Notes under the pieces: model-generated
Seen by the model: the letters and a program-made list of their open reading frames with translations, nothing else
Databases searched by the model: none
What the model was told of the DNA's origin: nothing
Position numbers and translations under genes: made by a program
Source: Mytilus californianus
Lineage: Eukaryota
Direction of reading: 5' to 3'
DNA: 64,000 nt
Assembly (NCBI RefSeq): GCF_021869535.1
Contig: NW_026262723.1
Span: 14,012,001-14,076,000, forward strand
Part shown: positions 40,341 through 52,251 of the stretch, piece after piece
How the letters are laid out: each line of letters starts with the position of its first letter
Numbering within the stretch: the first letter of the stretch is position 1

Positions 40341-40951
40341 ATATGCTGTGTTATACAACGTGAGCGCTCCTCAACTCTCATCGATTACAGCTGGAACCGA
40401 GGTGCTGGATTTTTCGCCCACTGTTAGTCAGTATGTCAAGATATCTTCTATTCAAGATTATGCTGCTGCAGGCTTCGTAAATGCAATGACTATTGGGGTT
40501 AATATATATTTTACCAGTATAACACAAAACACGCCGTTAATACAGTTTTTTGACGCTGTTGGACAATTGACCATAAATATAAGACTTCAAGGCATTGATC
40601 TATTTGCTGATTGGGTAGATAGTAATGGTATTTGGTACAGCGGACAACTTAAAAAACTAAAGACTGAAAAGTGGCTTCTGGTCGGATTTACGTTTAATAT
40701 GAAATGGATTAATGACGACCAGGTTGACTTATTCTTTGTCGACAGTAAAGGTACAACTGCTGCTGAGATGGCGATGGGTAAAGGGACCTTTACATTACCG
40801 GCATTTGATTCGATTGTTATCGGTGGTGACGGAAATACGAAGTTCCAGGGTGAAATGAACTGTGTACAGTTTTATCCACATTCAATCATAGGAGGAACCA
40901 GATCCGATAGTCAAGAACTATGTGACCAGAATGCAGAATCCCCAGACTATG
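40341..40951 (+). CDS. Host gene exon 3: LamG/pentraxin (concanavalin A-like beta-sandwich) domain
   Basis: Acceptor CTTTCATTGTAG, donor GTATGT, open frame (ORF 40321-40977). Motifs KWLLVGFTFN and IVIGG...FQGEMNCVQFY fit the LamG/ConA-like fold. Confidence 0.8.
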
Positions 40952-41228
40952 GTATGTATGTTAGTATAAGATTTTAAAAAGGAGGCGGAAGATACCAATA
41001 CGGCAATAATTTTAGAGAAACCGATAAAACCGTGGCAAACAATGGAAACTGATGAAAAGACAAACTATTATCTACAAAACACTACGTCGAAAACTATAGA
41101 CAGAGCAACACGAATCCCTCCAAAATCAGGGATTTCATCTACGAAAAAGTGTGCAGACATTATATGATTGATATCAGTGTCACAACGACTCATCATTTGT
41201 AATAAGAATAATATAAAAACAAATGATT

Positions 41229-42101
41229 TTATTGAACATCCTTCTCTGTTCCTTTTCTTGTACATCCTTTTCTGTTCCTTTTATTATTGTACACCCTTCT
41301 CTGTTCCTTTTATTATTGTACATCCTTCTCTGTTCCTTTTATTGTACATCCTTCTCTGTTCCTTTAATTGTACATCCTTCTCTGTTCCTTTTATTATTGT
41401 AAATCCTTTTCTGTTCCTTTTATTATTGTACATCCTTCTCTGTTCCTTTAAATATTGGAAATCCTTCTCTGTTCCTTTTATTATTGCACATCCTTCTCTG
41501 TTCTTTTTATTGTACATCCTTCTCTGTTCCTTTTATTATTGTACATCCTTCTTTGTTCCTTTTATTGTACATCCTTCTCTGTTCCTTTTTATATTGGACA
41601 TCCTTCTCTGTTCCTTTTATTATTGAACATCCTTCTCTGTTCTTTTTATTGTACATCCTTCTCTGTTCCTTTTATTATTGTACATCCTTCTCTGTTCCTT
41701 TTATTGTACATCCTTCTCTGTTCCTTTTATTATTGTACATCAATTTCCTTTTTTTGTACATCCTTCTCTGTTCCTTTTATTAATGTACATCCTTTTAGGG
41801 GCCAGCTGAAGGACGCCTCCGGGTGCGGGAGTTTCTCGCTGCATTGAAGACCCATTGGTGGCCTTCGGCTGTTGTCTTCTCTATGGTCGGGTTGTTGTCT
41901 CTTTGACACATTCCCCATTTCCATTCTCATTTTTATCCTTCTCTGTTCCTGTTATTATTGTACATCTTTCTCTGTTCCTTTTATTATTGTACATCCTTCT
42001 CTTTTCCTTTTATTATTGTACATCCTTCTCTGTTCCTTTTATTATTGAACATCCTTCTCTGTTCCTTTTATCATTGTACATCCTTCTCTGTTCCTTTTAT
42101 T
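41229..42101. repeat. 26-29-bp minisatellite (GTACATCCTTCTCTGTTCCTTTTATT[ATT]) interrupted by an interspersed repeat at ~41795-41925
   Basis: Many tandem units; the track ORFs at 41168-42103 are translations of this repeat. Confidence 0.95.
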
Positions 42102-42354
42102 AGTATATTCAATTCATTGACAACTTGACTCGAAGCATAAAATTTATATACTGTTTTGTCATAAATATTATGGTTAAGAGCATGTCGTACCGGTATTGCA
42201 TTACCACTCTGGTCTATTTTAATTGTTAGATATCTGTCTCACTGAAGAATCACGCATATTTCTTTTTATTTATATGTAAGGGATTATGTTACCCGCCGAC
42301 TTGCAAATGTTTCAATTCACCATGACGTACAAAGCGTAATAAGTATGGAATAGA

Positions 42355-42525
42355 ATTGAAAATGGAAATGGGGAATGTGACAAAGAGACAACAACCCGAC
42401 CAAAGAGCAAAAAACAGCCTATACGTCGGTCTTCAGCACAGCACAGAAAATCCCGCACCCGCAGGTGGGCTTCAGCTGGCCCCTAAACAAAAATGTGGAC
42501 TAGTTCAGTGAAAATGGATGTCACA
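42355..42525 (+). repeat. Abundant interspersed repeat family B (GAGAATGGAAATGGGGAATGTGTCAAAGAGACAACAACCCGACC...)
   Basis: Further copies at ~30165-30225 (-), 35781-35850 (+), 41795-41925 (-), 44575-44730 (+) and 45255-45310 (-). Confidence 0.85.
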
Positions 42526-42760
42526 CTTCATGTAATTTGAGGTTTGACATAAGCTCACTACCGACATTACCCAGAAAGACATCCGTAGCCTTAACTCGAG
42601 ATGTTATATTGAAATATAACACGTCAAAGAACGATAATCTTTAGCAAAAAGATAAACACATGTGCACATTAAATTAAACAGAATTTTTATTTTAAGCCAT
42701 GTTGTTATGTGTTTTTATTTGACTTATGATTTCCTATTGCCCCTTGGTACCTTCTCTCTG

Positions 42761-44201
42761 CTTTTACACTCATCACTTACTGCCGTAACTTTTTAGTACC
42801 CTCTTTTACACTCTTTTACACTCATCACTTACTGTCGTAGCTTTTTAGTACCCTCTTTTACACTCATCACTTACTGCCGTAGCTTTTTAGTACCCTCTTT
42901 TACACTCATCACTTACTACCGTAGCTTTTTAGTACCCTCTTTTACTCTCATCACTTACTGCCGTAGCTTTTTAGTACCCTCTTTTACACTCATCACTTAC
43001 TGCCGTAGCTTTTAAATACCCTCTTTTACACTCATCACTTACTGTCGTAGCTTTTTAGTACCCTCTTTTACACTCATCACTAACTGTCGTAGCTTTTTAG
43101 TACCCTCTTTTACACTCATCACTTACTGTCGTAGCTTTTTAGTACCCTCTTTTACACTCATCACTTACTGTCGTAGCTTTTTAGTACCCTCTTTTACACT
43201 CATCACTTACTGCCGTAGCTTTGTAGTACCCTCTTTTACACTCATCACTTACTGCCGTAGCTTTTTAGTACCTCTTTTACACTCATCACTTACTGTCGTA
43301 GCTTTTTAGTACCCTCTCTTACACTCATCACTTACTGTCGTAGCTTTAAGTACCCTCTTTTACACTCATCACTTACTGCCGTAGCTTTTTAGTACCCTCT
43401 TTTACACTCATCACTTACTGCCGTAGCTTTTTAGTACCCTCTTTTACACTCATCACTTACTGCCGTAGCTTTTTAGTACCGTACCCTCTTTTACACTCAT
43501 CACTTACTGCCGTAGCTTTTTAGTACCCTCTTTTACACTCATCACTTACTGCCGTAGCTTTTTAGTACCCTCTTTTACACTCATCACTTACTGCCGTAGC
43601 TTTAAGTACCCTCTTTTACACTCATCACTTACTGCCGTAGCTTTTTAGTACCCTCTTTTACACTCATCACTTACTGCCATAGCTTTAAGTACCCTCTTTT
43701 ACACTCATCACTTACTGCCGTAGCTTTTTAGTACCCTCTTTTACACTCATCACTTACTGCCGTAGCTTTTTAGTACCCTCTTTTACACTCATCAATTACT
43801 GCCGTAGCTTTTTAGTACCCTCTTTTACACTCATCACTTACTGCCGTAGCTTTTTAGTACCATCTTTTACCCTCATCACTTACTGTCGTAGCTTTTTAGT
43901 ACCCTCTTTTACACTCATCACTTACTGCCGTAGCTTTTTAGTACCCTCTTTTACACTCATCACTTACTGTCGTAGCTTTTTAGTACCCTCTTTTACACTC
44001 ATCACTTACTGCCGTAGCTTTTTAGTACCCTCTCTTACACTCATCACTTACTGCCGTAGCTTTAAGTACCCTCTTTTACACTCATCACTTACTGCCGTAG
44101 CTTTTTAGTACCCTCTTTTACACTCATCACTTACTGCCGTAGCTTTAAGTACCCTCTTTTACACTCATCACTTACTGTCGTAGCTTTTTAGTACCCTCTT
44201 T
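42761..44201. repeat. 42-bp minisatellite (TTTACACTCATCACTTACTGCCGTAGCTTTTTAGTACCCTCT), ~34 copies
   Basis: CACTTACT at 43501 and 43543, etc.; highly homogeneous; no spacers. Confidence 0.97.
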
Positions 44202-45332
44202 GAATGCCTTTTTGTTCGAGATCATATCATACTATTTTTATACATATCTCTGCACTTGCATACAAAATACACCATTTTGAACATTATCATGCGTTCAAAT
44301 AGATTTTTGTTTTTCTTTCGAAACGGTAATATATACGCGTGACATTCTTTTTATTTATTTTTTCATTTATAAATATTTTATATTATGTATACTTCGCTTA
44401 ACAAATTATATTTATTATGATGAATCAAATGGAAGACAATTTATGACATGTATGAATTTGATTCGTCCTGTAACACCTCCACGAGTCTCTTCTCCAACAA
44501 GAAGATAGACCTCTTCGAAATATTTTATCACTATTAACATTATCAGCATTGAAAAAAATAGAAATCATAGAATAGAGAGTGGAAATTGGGAATGTGTCGA
44601 AGAGACAACAACCCGACCAAAGAGCAGCCCAGGGCCACCAATAGGTCTTCAATGCAAAGAGAAAATCCCGTACTCGGAGGCGGGCTTCAGCTGGCCCCTA
44701 AACAATAATGTATAATAATTCAGCGAAATGGACGCCACAAATCAGTATGGATATATCTATACAATATATGTTAAACGCATCCGTGTTTTGTTGTGCTTTT
44801 TCGTTCAAAGGTTGCATGTTGTAAACATTTCCAGCGACTTGATATTTTTATCAAATGCAAATTCAATAAACCCGTGTTGGTGTATGAGAAAAACAGGAAA
44901 CCTAGTGTAGATATTGAAAAAAAGGCAATTAATTCCAAGACGTCGGACTCGTTCAATATGTCATGTTGGTTCCGTCAGCACTAGATCATCTGTCTATTCC
45001 CGGATTTGTGTAGTTCCAATATTACCAACAAATGCGTTCGACCTGATTTCTATGTTATGCCCACTAAATAACATTGGTACTTTGACAATATGAAATTTAC
45101 GACGGCCGCCAGCTTTCATCGTAGAACCAAACCCTATGCGAAAATCATATAATAATTTTTCTTTATAATCGGTTCACAAATTGTATTATCAACAATACAT
45201 TATTTATAATGATAATAATGTAACATGACTTCCATATTCAATTTAATGTGCTTCTTGGTTGTTGATCGGGTTGTTGTCTCTTTGACACATCCCCCATTTC
45301 CATTCTCGATTTTATTCTTGTATTTTTTCCAG

Positions 45333-45732
45333 GTGATTTCTCAATAGATTCATTTAACTTACCAATTCTAACCACCGAAGACCAAACAACAACAGAAGCA
45401 GTAACTACATTAGAAATAACTACAGAAGCAGCAAGTACCATCGCAGGAACAACATCAGAAGTAAGTACAGATGCAGCAACTACAGATGCAGCAGTAAGTA
45501 AAGATGCAAAAACTACAAATGCAGCAACAATTGCAGCAGTAACTAACGGTGTAGCCATTACGGATACAGTAACAACTGCAGCAGCAAGTAAAGATGCAGC
45601 AATTACAGATACAGCAACAACTGCAGCAGTAAATATAGATGCAAGAACTACAGAAGTAGTTAGAACAATGGCAGTAACTGAAGACTTGGCAACTACAACT
45701 ATGGATTTAACACCAACAAGCCTCTCTCGTGC
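45333..45732 (+). CDS. Host gene exon 4: Thr/Ala-rich mucin-like linker
   Basis: Acceptor TTTTTTCCAG in phase 1; open frame GDFSIDSFNLPILTTEDQTTTEAVTT...TPTSLSR; donor GTAATT in phase 2, matching exon 5. Confidence 0.75.
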
Positions 45733-47192
45733 GTAATTAAGTATAATTCATATAGAAGTACGTTATTTGGTGTCATGAAATTACAATGATAATCTTGAGT
45801 TAAAAGCACGTGTTGGTGGTATTTATACCGCGCAGGTACTTTTCATTTAACGTTAAATACTTTGTTATGTTTATGTCATATTACAATTTTATACCATTTC
45901 GATCGTTCAATTGAAATGCAGTGGAACAGAATATAAACAAACCATTCATATGCCCGGATCGATTATGACTTAATTCGACTTCATACAGAATAAAATTTAA
46001 ATTTTGTTGTAGTATATGAGATGCTAAAAAGCAATGCACCGTTCATATGGTAATTTTGTTTTTAAATTCTGCAGCTATATCTTCCGATATGGAATTTGAT
46101 ATAATTGTTATAATCGACATTAGTCTATAGGATAGTCCATAAAAGTAAGTCCTTGGTTTCGAAATAGGTCTCAGTTTTTCCATCTGAGGAAATGACAGTG
46201 TCCGTTTGGCTGAATCGGGTGCATAATTATGCAGCCTCAACCAATCAAAATACAATGTTTCATGTAGGGAACTACGTACATATCATAGGGTTTTAACTCC
46301 CTGCGCAACTTTTGACATGAAAGTTTGTTTTTTTCTTTAGACGTAAATTATTGTTATATATAGTTTTTCATGCCTTTATGAATCTTTCAATTTCAAAATA
46401 TTTGGCTCTGGTCTTTACTGTTGAATGGTCAACCAGAAACGCAAATTGAATGCGGCCAAAACAGTATATTTTTTTAATTCACTATACTATTTGGTGTTAT
46501 AATAACTGACTTGTAGTACTTTGTAGTACTTGAGTGAAACATTTTGATATAATTTTGTAACAAAAACTACGGTTGCAAAATTTTCAAGATAAGTTGACGT
46601 TAGAACTTTTTTTTTAATTTTTTTTTTTAGACCTCTTGTTTATAAAAATCTTTTTCTGCATTTTTATATCATTAGTTGTACATCCCTGAAGAAGTTTAAT
46701 CCATGAGTGTTCACAGAATTCAGTACATCAAATGCTTGATTAAATGTTCAAATTATTGAGTGCATTTTTTTTTTTAATTTAAAATATGTTTTAAAAAAAA
46801 TGTAGTTAAAATGATCTTGTAAAAATTATTACATATTCATATTTTGTCAAAAAAAAACTACATAGATTTCTGTCATTCTTTCGGTGGTCTCTCCCGTGAG
46901 TACATAAAAGAACTATAACGTACCAGGCTTATAATTTAGTACACCAGTCGCGGTCCCTCTTCGTTGGACTCATCAGTGGCGCTCGAATCAAAAAAATTAG
47001 AAGGCCAAATCAATAACGAAGTAGAAAAGCATTTTTAAAAAACCAAAATTCTCAAAAGTTGTGTGTTAAATTTGGCTGAGACCATCTAGGCCTTTGGTAG
47101 TAAAACAGTAGTGGTTCACGTGATTTTAATGTTTTATGGAAACTAAATTTACAGAAAATGACCGTATTAATATTGAACTAATATTTTCATAG

Positions 47193-47475
47193 TAAAGTAG
47201 CTAAAGACGCTTATCTATTTTTAGACAGAGGACACACTCCAGTCACAGAAAGCTGTTCTTACTTAAGGAAACAAGGGACTGATGTCAGATTATTATATCC
47301 ACTCGAAACTATTATCGTGACGTCACTAGAAAGGTGTGTATCAGCTTGCATACGGGATGTTAGATGCAGTGTCGTCAGTACTACGACAAATTTGATTGGT
47401 GAAATCACGTGCAGAATTAGTGACATATCGGATACCACATTTATGCTTAATTCTGTTGTGTATCTGGTAGAGTGA
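47193..47475 (+). CDS. Host gene exon 5: PAN/apple-like domain and stop
   Basis: Acceptor ATATTTTCATAG; reads KVAKDAYLFLDRGHTPVTESCSYLRKQ...ERCVSACIRDVRCSVVS...ITCRISD...YLVE*. Cys spacing C-x3-C-x5-C...C is PAN/apple-like. The five exons total 1458 nt (485 aa plus stop). Confidence 0.72.
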
Positions 47476-48135
47476 AAGAACAATAAGAGTTTGATAATGT
47501 ATAGAAACTCGAACAATTCAAGTAAAAGTAGTTTCGTTTATTCAACTATCCAATCAAAGTGTGACATTTCTTAAAAAGACAGTTACTGTAATATTTATGT
47601 TTAATTTCACTTTCTTTTAATCGACAACATTTCTTTAAATTGAAAACGACAAATTTTCGGTTAATTCTACATAAGTTGGTACAAGTAAGAGAAACCCGCC
47701 AAGAGACAGATCATATAACATTATGAATCCCATATAAAGATATGATTTCCCTAGCTGTATGAAAAAACTAGAATTTCTTCTGTCTGGTTGTGATTTGTTG
47801 AGAAAAAGAAATCATCTAATGAAATTGAGTAAATAAAATCAGCATAGATACTATTATTAAAAGTTTGTACGTCACACGCTCGTTTCGTCTACAAAAGATT
47901 CATTAGTAACGATCGAATAAAAAAAGTTAAAAAGGCCAAATAAAGGACGAAGTTAAAAAGCATTGAGGACCAAAACTTCCAAAATATTTGCCAATTACAG
48001 CTAAGGTAATCTATTCCAGGGGTAGAAAATCCTTAGTATTTTGAAAAAATTAAAGTTTTATAAACAGTTAATTAAATTATTTATAGTTATGACCATATTA
48101 ATGATAATTCATGTCAACACAGAAGTGTTTTTTGT

Positions 48136-48213
48136 AGTCTAAGGGTAAAAACAAGAATGTCTTTCAGTTTAGCACAAAACCCAAACACCTTAGAAGGATG
48201 TAATCCTAGGGTA
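48136..48213. repeat. Left terminal inverted repeat (weaker similarity extends ~14 bp further)
   Basis: AGTCTAAGGGTAAAAACAAGAATGTCTTTCAGTTTAGCACAAAACCCAAACACCTTAGAAGGATGTAATCCTAGGGTA matches the reverse complement of 59162-59239 with one mismatch. Confidence 0.92.
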
Positions 48214-51200
48214 AATACAAATATGTCTTTTACACAAAACCCAAACACCTTAGAAGGATGTAATCCTAGGGTAAATACAAATATGTCTTTTACACAAAAT
48301 GTCAGAGATACCCCAGCCCCAAATACCTTAGAAGGAAGCATTCCCCAAATTGATATACATGAAGGGATGGCATCCAATAGTGTTGATATGAATATGGATC
48401 AGTTCAAAGAGAATGAAGAACTCAAAACTTGTGGTGCTCCACTAAAAAGAAAGAAGGGGCAGTTTTGTAAGAGTAAACCAGGGAAAGATGGGCTTTGCTG
48501 GAGACACAGTAAAGAACCACGCCAGCAGGAGGATACCCAAGTTGTAGGGAATATTGTGGTGAAACCCACCATGAAAGAACTTCGAAAAATCGCAAAGAAG
48601 GAGGGTCTTAAGGGATATAGTAGGAAACCCAAGGGGGAATTGGTTAAGTTAATTGAGACCAATACTGCCCACAAATTTACTCGCGAAGAGGTTTTTACCA
48701 AAAAGGAACTGAAGACCATTGCCAAAAGACGGGGAATTACCAACTATTCCCGACTAGGGAGAGCTGACCTGACCGAACTGGTGAAAAAGAACATTGAAAA
48801 TGCCCCCGTTGAAGAGGAAATCAAAATTGTTAACCGACGCGATGCATTGAAAGGTGTATTTGGCACAATCACCATTGAACCCTTGAAACAGCATGATATG
48901 CTAACGTTTTTTAATGTAAGTCAAAGCACTATCGCCAGCACAATTTCAGATGCACTCACCAAAAAGAAGGCCCTAAAAGTGCAATTAGTACTACAGGTGG
49001 AGATGATAAAAACAAACCCAGCGACCGGAGAAAATATCTACGTCATTCCCCACTTTAGATCAACCCTTACCACCATCACCGAATCCACAGACCTTGAGTT
49101 GGAAATAGCATTTATGGTCGAGAAGGTCAAAGAAAATATGGCTAAATACATGCGTGAAGGTAGTGGGTGGACATTTGGTCATATTGAAAAGCTAGAAATC
49201 CACTTAAACAAGTTTAAACCTCTCAAAGGCAGTTCCTACATAGCATTGCCAAAACCGCTCGCTCAAAAGAAAGCTATCATCAATGTGCAGAATACTGATC
49301 AGGAATGCTTACGCTGGGCCATTCTTTCAGCCCTACATCAAGTTGACAAAAACTGTACCAAACGGGTGGGTCAGTACAAAAAGTGGGCTGATGAGTTCAA
49401 TTTTGATGGCATCCAGTTTCCAGTCTCGCTAAAGGCCATTGACAAATTCGAGAGGCAGAACACCGACCTAAACATTAACGTCTTTGGCTTTGACGGTGTA
49501 AAGAAGGGTGAAGATGAAGAAGAGGACCTCCAAATATATCCCCTCAGAATATCTAAGAATACAGGTTCGAGACATGTAGATCTTCTGTTCCTGACCAATA
49601 AGAGCAAGCAGCACTATTGCTGGATTAAGAGCCTATCTCGACTTTTGAGCTGTCAAATCTCAGAGCATGGTCATGAACTGTTCTTTTGCCGCAGGTGTTT
49701 GTCTCACTTCTCAAGACAGGATATCCTAGATGAGCATATGGAGTATTGCAGTCAGAAGGATGCAGTAAAGATCGAGATGCCAGAGGAAGGAACCCACATA
49801 GCCTTCCATAACCATAAAAAGTTGATGAGGGTTCCATTCGTCATTTATGCGGATTTTGAGTGTTTTACGGAAAAGGTCGACACTTGCCAGCCAGATCCAT
49901 CTCAGGCCTACACAAAGGCATATCAACAACATCGACCATCAGGTTTTTGCTATAGGGTGAAATATGCTCACGGTGATTACAAAGACTCAGTCATCTACTG
50001 TGGAGAGGATGCAGCTAAAAAGTTTGTACAGTGCATGGAGCAGGAAGTTAGGGAGATTGCTAAGCTTTACAAGGAAAACAAACCTATAGAGATGACCGAC
50101 GCTGATAAGGAGATTTTTGAAGCAACCACAAACTGTCACATTTGCGGTGGTGAATTAGCTGGTGACAAGGTTCGCGACCACGATCACCTCACAGGTAAGT
50201 ATCGCGGCGCAGCACACAACCAGTGCAACTTGGACTTCCAACTTCCAAGACATGTACCCATTGTTTTCCACAACTTGAGTGGATACGACGCCCATCTTTT
50301 TGTGAGCGAATTAGGAGTTGGAGAAGGTAAGATAAACTGCATCCCTAACACCGATGAGAAATACATCAGCTTCTCGAAAGAAGTAGATGGAGCATTGGAG
50401 ATGAGATTCATAGATTCATACAGGTTTCTACCGAACTCCCTGGAAACCTTGGCAGGGAATCTTACAAAGGAACAATTCGGGGCAATAAAGAAGTGCTTTG
50501 GCGATCGATATGAACTGATGATCAGGAAGGGAGTATATCCCTATGATTACATGGATGGACCTGCCAAGCTAGAGGAAACACAACTACCACCCAAGGAGGA
50601 ATTCTTCAGCAAACTCTATGGCACACACATCAGCGACGAGGACTATGCACATGCTCAGCAGGTGTTTAAGGAATTTAGGTGTAAGACTTTGCGGGACTAC
50701 CACAATCTATACCTGGAAAGTGATGTAGCCATATTGGAGGATATTTTTGAGGACTTCAGGAATATATGTATGGCTAACTATAAACTCGACCCTGCACACT
50801 ATTTCACATCTCCAGGACTATCCTACGATGCAATGCTAAAATGTACAGGAGTGAGACTAGAACTCCTCTCGGACCCTGATATGCTGATGATGTTTGAGAA
50901 TGCAACCAGAGGAGGTGTCGCCACGATCTCTCATCGACATGGCAAGGCTAACAATCCCTACATGAAGAATTTTGATAGCTCCCAGCCAACTAAGTATTTG
51001 ACCTATCTTGACGCCAACAACCTCTACGGATGGGCGATGGTACAATCTCTGCCCACGGGAGACTTTGAGTGGGTAGAGCCAGAGGAGATTGAGGAGATCC
51101 TAGAGTACCCCGATGACCATGAATATGGTGCCATGGTAGAGTGTGATTTGGAGTACCCCGAAAAGCTTCATGATGCTCACAATGTCTATCCACTAGCTCC

Positions 51201-52221
51201 AGAGAATGTGGAGATAAATAAGGTGCGAAAGCTAGTGCCTCACCTAGGTAAGCGCGAAAAGTATACTCTCCACTACGGAAATCTCAAAATGTACCTGACG
51301 ATGGGCATGAAACTCACCAAAACACGTCGGATTATCAGGTTTAGACAATCCCCATGGCTCAAACACTACATCGATCTAAACACCACTCTCCGCACCAAAG
51401 CTAAGACCGATTCTGAGAAAGACTTTTTCAAACTTATGAATGTCTCAGTTTTCGGAAAGACCATGGAGAACATCCGCAAGAGGGTGGACGTCAAACTGGT
51501 CAATAGTGAAAAGCAGGCACTTAAGCTTGTGGCCAAACCCAACTTCGATCGTCGGGTCGTCTTTACCAACAACTTAGCAGCCGTCCACATGAAAAAGACC
51601 AAACTTAAGTTTGATAAGCCTGTGTATTTGGGAGCCTGCATTCTGGACATCTCAAAGACCCTGATGTATGACTTTCACTACGGTTTCATCAGGAAGATGT
51701 ACGGTGACAACGCCCAGCTGCTCTTTACCGACACTGACAGCTTGGCCTATGAGATTAAGACCGAGGACTTTTACAAGGACATTACACCACACGTCCAAGA
51801 AAAATTCGATACCTCCAGCTACCCTACCGAACATCCTTCAGGCATTCCCACCGGTGTAAACAAAAAGGTGGTTGGAATGTTTAAGGACGAGTGTGGTGGT
51901 AAAGTGATGACAGTGTTTGTAGGTCTCCGGGCAAAGTTATACTCCTACAAGATGAACGACCACACTACCACCAAGAGAGCAAAAGGAGTAACAAAGTCTG
52001 TCATCAAACAAAACATCACCTTTGATGAGTACAAACAATGCCTAGACACTCAGCTGGAAATATGTAAGCCGATGAACATCATCCGCAGCCGCCTTCACCA
52101 GATCTACACCGAGGAAATCAACAAAATAGCACTCTCGGCCAAGGATGACAAGCGACATATTCTGGAGGATGGAATCAGTACTCTTGCCCATGGACATTAC
52201 AAAATCGAAAAGGATATCTAA
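48157..52221 (+). CDS. polB: Protein-primed family B DNA polymerase (1354 aa from the first ATG; true start may be downstream)
   Basis: Exonuclease motifs FHNLSGYDAH, FIDSYRFL and KGVYPYDY; polymerase motifs YLDANNLYGWAM, KLMNVSVFGKT and FTDTDS. Endonuclease-VII-like CHIC...RDHDHLTGKYRGAAHNQCN, a C2H2 finger, and GSSYIALP..INVQNTDQECLRWAILSALH are typical of animal Polintons. Confidence 0.96.
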   Translation: MSFSLAQNPNTLEGCNPRVNTNMSFTQNPNTLEGCNPRVNTNMSFTQNVRDTPAPNTLEGSIPQIDIHEGMASNSVDMNMDQFKENEELKTCGAPLKRKKGQFCKSKPGKDGLCWRHSKEPRQQEDTQVVGNIVVKPTMKELRKIAKKEGLKGYSRKPKGELVKLIETNTAHKFTREEVFTKKELKTIAKRRGITNYSRLGRADLTELVKKNIENAPVEEEIKIVNRRDALKGVFGTITIEPLKQHDMLTFFNVSQSTIASTISDALTKKKALKVQLVLQVEMIKTNPATGENIYVIPHFRSTLTTITESTDLELEIAFMVEKVKENMAKYMREGSGWTFGHIEKLEIHLNKFKPLKGSSYIALPKPLAQKKAIINVQNTDQECLRWAILSALHQVDKNCTKRVGQYKKWADEFNFDGIQFPVSLKAIDKFERQNTDLNINVFGFDGVKKGEDEEEDLQIYPLRISKNTGSRHVDLLFLTNKSKQHYCWIKSLSRLLSCQISEHGHELFFCRRCLSHFSRQDILDEHMEYCSQKDAVKIEMPEEGTHIAFHNHKKLMRVPFVIYADFECFTEKVDTCQPDPSQAYTKAYQQHRPSGFCYRVKYAHGDYKDSVIYCGEDAAKKFVQCMEQEVREIAKLYKENKPIEMTDADKEIFEATTNCHICGGELAGDKVRDHDHLTGKYRGAAHNQCNLDFQLPRHVPIVFHNLSGYDAHLFVSELGVGEGKINCIPNTDEKYISFSKEVDGALEMRFIDSYRFLPNSLETLAGNLTKEQFGAIKKCFGDRYELMIRKGVYPYDYMDGPAKLEETQLPPKEEFFSKLYGTHISDEDYAHAQQVFKEFRCKTLRDYHNLYLESDVAILEDIFEDFRNICMANYKLDPAHYFTSPGLSYDAMLKCTGVRLELLSDPDMLMMFENATRGGVATISHRHGKANNPYMKNFDSSQPTKYLTYLDANNLYGWAMVQSLPTGDFEWVEPEEIEEILEYPDDHEYGAMVECDLEYPEKLHDAHNVYPLAPENVEINKVRKLVPHLGKREKYTLHYGNLKMYLTMGMKLTKTRRIIRFRQSPWLKHYIDLNTTLRTKAKTDSEKDFFKLMNVSVFGKTMENIRKRVDVKLVNSEKQALKLVAKPNFDRRVVFTNNLAAVHMKKTKLKFDKPVYLGACILDISKTLMYDFHYGFIRKMYGDNAQLLFTDTDSLAYEIKTEDFYKDITPHVQEKFDTSSYPTEHPSGIPTGVNKKVVGMFKDECGGKVMTVFVGLRAKLYSYKMNDHTTTKRAKGVTKSVIKQNITFDEYKQCLDTQLEICKPMNIIRSRLHQIYTEEINKIALSAKDDKRHILEDGISTLAHGHYKIEKDI

Positions 52222-52251
52222 AGGCCACTTTTGATTCATATAAATAAAGTA

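Noticed and set aside
41068-42103. Cluster of hydrophobic ORFs of 65-152 aa
   Set aside because: They are translations of the 26-29-bp minisatellite and an inserted dispersed repeat.
45238-45558. Minus-strand Val/Ala-rich 106-aa ORF
   Set aside because: Antisense shadow of the Thr/Ala-rich plus-strand exon 4.
47259-47516. Minus-strand 85-aa ORF with apparent splice sites
   Set aside because: The plus-strand frame gives a PAN/apple-like domain that splices in phase with exon 4; the minus frame has no recognisable motif.
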